64,000 bases of DNA from Azolla caroliniana (taxonomy: Eukaryota; Plantae; Polypodiophyta). Position numbers and translations under genes: made by a program. The notes beneath the pieces were generated by a model that was given only the letters and a program-made list of their open reading frames with translations, was not told the origin of the DNA and searched no databases. The DNA is taken from NCBI GenBank assembly GCA_043228905.1, contig JBHGNT010000005.1, positions 20,336,001-20,400,000 on the forward strand. Direction: 5' to 3'. Within the stretch, counting starts at the first letter, position 1. Each line of letters starts with the position of its first letter. Of the stretch, positions 61,335 to 64,000 are shown piece by piece.

Positions 61335-61505
61335 GAGGCTACGAGATGCGATGAATGATGGAGGCTACGAGATGCGATGATCGATCACGGCTATAAGATG
61401 CGATGAATGATCGAGGTTATAAGATGCGAATGATGAATGATCGATCGAGGCTATAAGATGCGATGAGATGTGATGAATGATTGAGGCTATATAAGGTGCG
61501 ATGGA
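61335..61505. repeat. Degenerate minisatellite of about 25-30 bp (gaggctaYRagatgcgatgaatgat, about 6 copies)
   Basis: Read directly from the sequence. Confidence 0.85.
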
Positions 61506-61739
61506 TCATCGGCGAAGAGACCAATGGCAGGGAAGGCATGCTAAAGTGATGGGGTCCAATTACTACTCTAACTTTGGAGTGGGACAAATTGTGTGGAGAG
61601 AGACTTTGGGGATCTTATAATGCTATGGACTCCTCCTGCTCCTCTTTCATGAACTTTTTTTTGGCAGAGTAGGGCATAACATTACATTCTTTGCAGATCC
61701 ATTACTAGTACTACTCCTACTACATAATCTGCTGCTGCT

Positions 61740-61784
61740 ACCTCAACCCTAACACTCTTCCTTCTCCATCTCAGATCAGGTTTG

Positions 61785-61825
<41 letters not shown>

Positions 61826-62531
61826 AGATTTAGGTTTTTCTTTCTGCAGTTATCTTTCTCTAGGTTTTGGGTTTTCTCTGTAGTTCTCTTTACATGGATT
61901 TTATGCCTTGTTCTGTCTTTTTGCAATTGTTTCACTTGTCCAATTTGGGTTCCTGTTTTGACTGCTATTTCTCTTATGTTTTCTATTGATTTATTCTTTC
62001 TGGTTTTTCTTACCTCTCCTTTCTTCTGCTTCTTGTTTCTAATGGCCTCCACCTATGTTTCTGACTTGTTTTCTCTGTCTTCCTCTCTTAGTATTTTCTT
62101 TATAAAAATCATATTTTCCTTTCATTGCCTTCTTTGTTGTTTCTAATGGCCTCTCTCTTGTTTTCCCTTGCTTCATTTTTCTGTATCTTATTTTTGTTTT
62201 TGTTTATTCCGTTATCCCCCTTGTTGTAGCCTCTCTTGTTTTTTAAAAAGAGCAAATCCTTTTGGTTTGATTTATTTTCATGAATTTTCTAAATTTTTTA
62301 ATTATTTTGAAAAGCTTCTTTTTAATTGATTTATTTAAATGGATTTCCTTGCTTCCAATTTGCGCAAATTGGTTTCCCCCAATTTAGCTGATCTATTTTA
62401 ATGATTTTTCTTCTTGTTAATTTGGTTTTCAAATGATTATTTTTCTATTTAGTCAATTTTTATCTCCATGACTTTTTTCTTATTTTAAATCTTCTCCCCA
62501 GTTTCACCATTTATCAGGTTTTCCTCTTATA
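61740..62531 (+). promoter_or_regulatory. Putative ADK 5' UTR with telo-box-like AACCCTAA and a T-rich leader intron (61780-62517)
   Basis: AACCCTAA at 61746. Donor CAG|GTTTGT at 61780, a pyrimidine-rich intron, and candidate acceptors at 62501 and 62517 just before the ATG. Confidence 0.6.

Positions 62532-64000
<1,469 letters not shown>

Overview
Eukaryotic land-plant nuclear DNA, most consistent with a fern or other non-seed vascular plant (inferred from Tcn1-type chromoviruses, PLS-PPR debris and long GA/CT promoter tracts; not proven). It holds three host genes with intact-looking frames. These are a 15-exon RBOH NADPH oxidase (minus, 16733-22532, about 1028 aa), a 2-exon FLD-type LSD1 histone demethylase (plus, 47720-50872, about 918 aa) and the 5' part of an adenylate kinase (plus, 62532 to window end). 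The rest is layered transposon debris. The most notable structures are: (1) a Pack-MULE (41936-44847, about 160-bp TIRs, perfect 9-bp TSD) carrying an almost complete two-FAS1 fasciclin-like AGP gene, with a sister MULE-MITE in the FLD promoter; (2) a GC-rich full-length Gypsy element (2663-9662) with a tRNA-Trp PBS, a 4-bp TSD, a D-H-G protease and a candidate -1 frameshift between PR and RT; (3) a duplicated and inverted block (27.6-36.4 kb) in which one Copia insertion site appears both as a solo LTR and as LTR plus internal region; (4) a tRNA-like A/B-box cassette inside a chromovirus LTR; (5) a young hairpin with arms of about 95 bp. Coordinates were read by eye, no database searches were run, and identity values are estimates.
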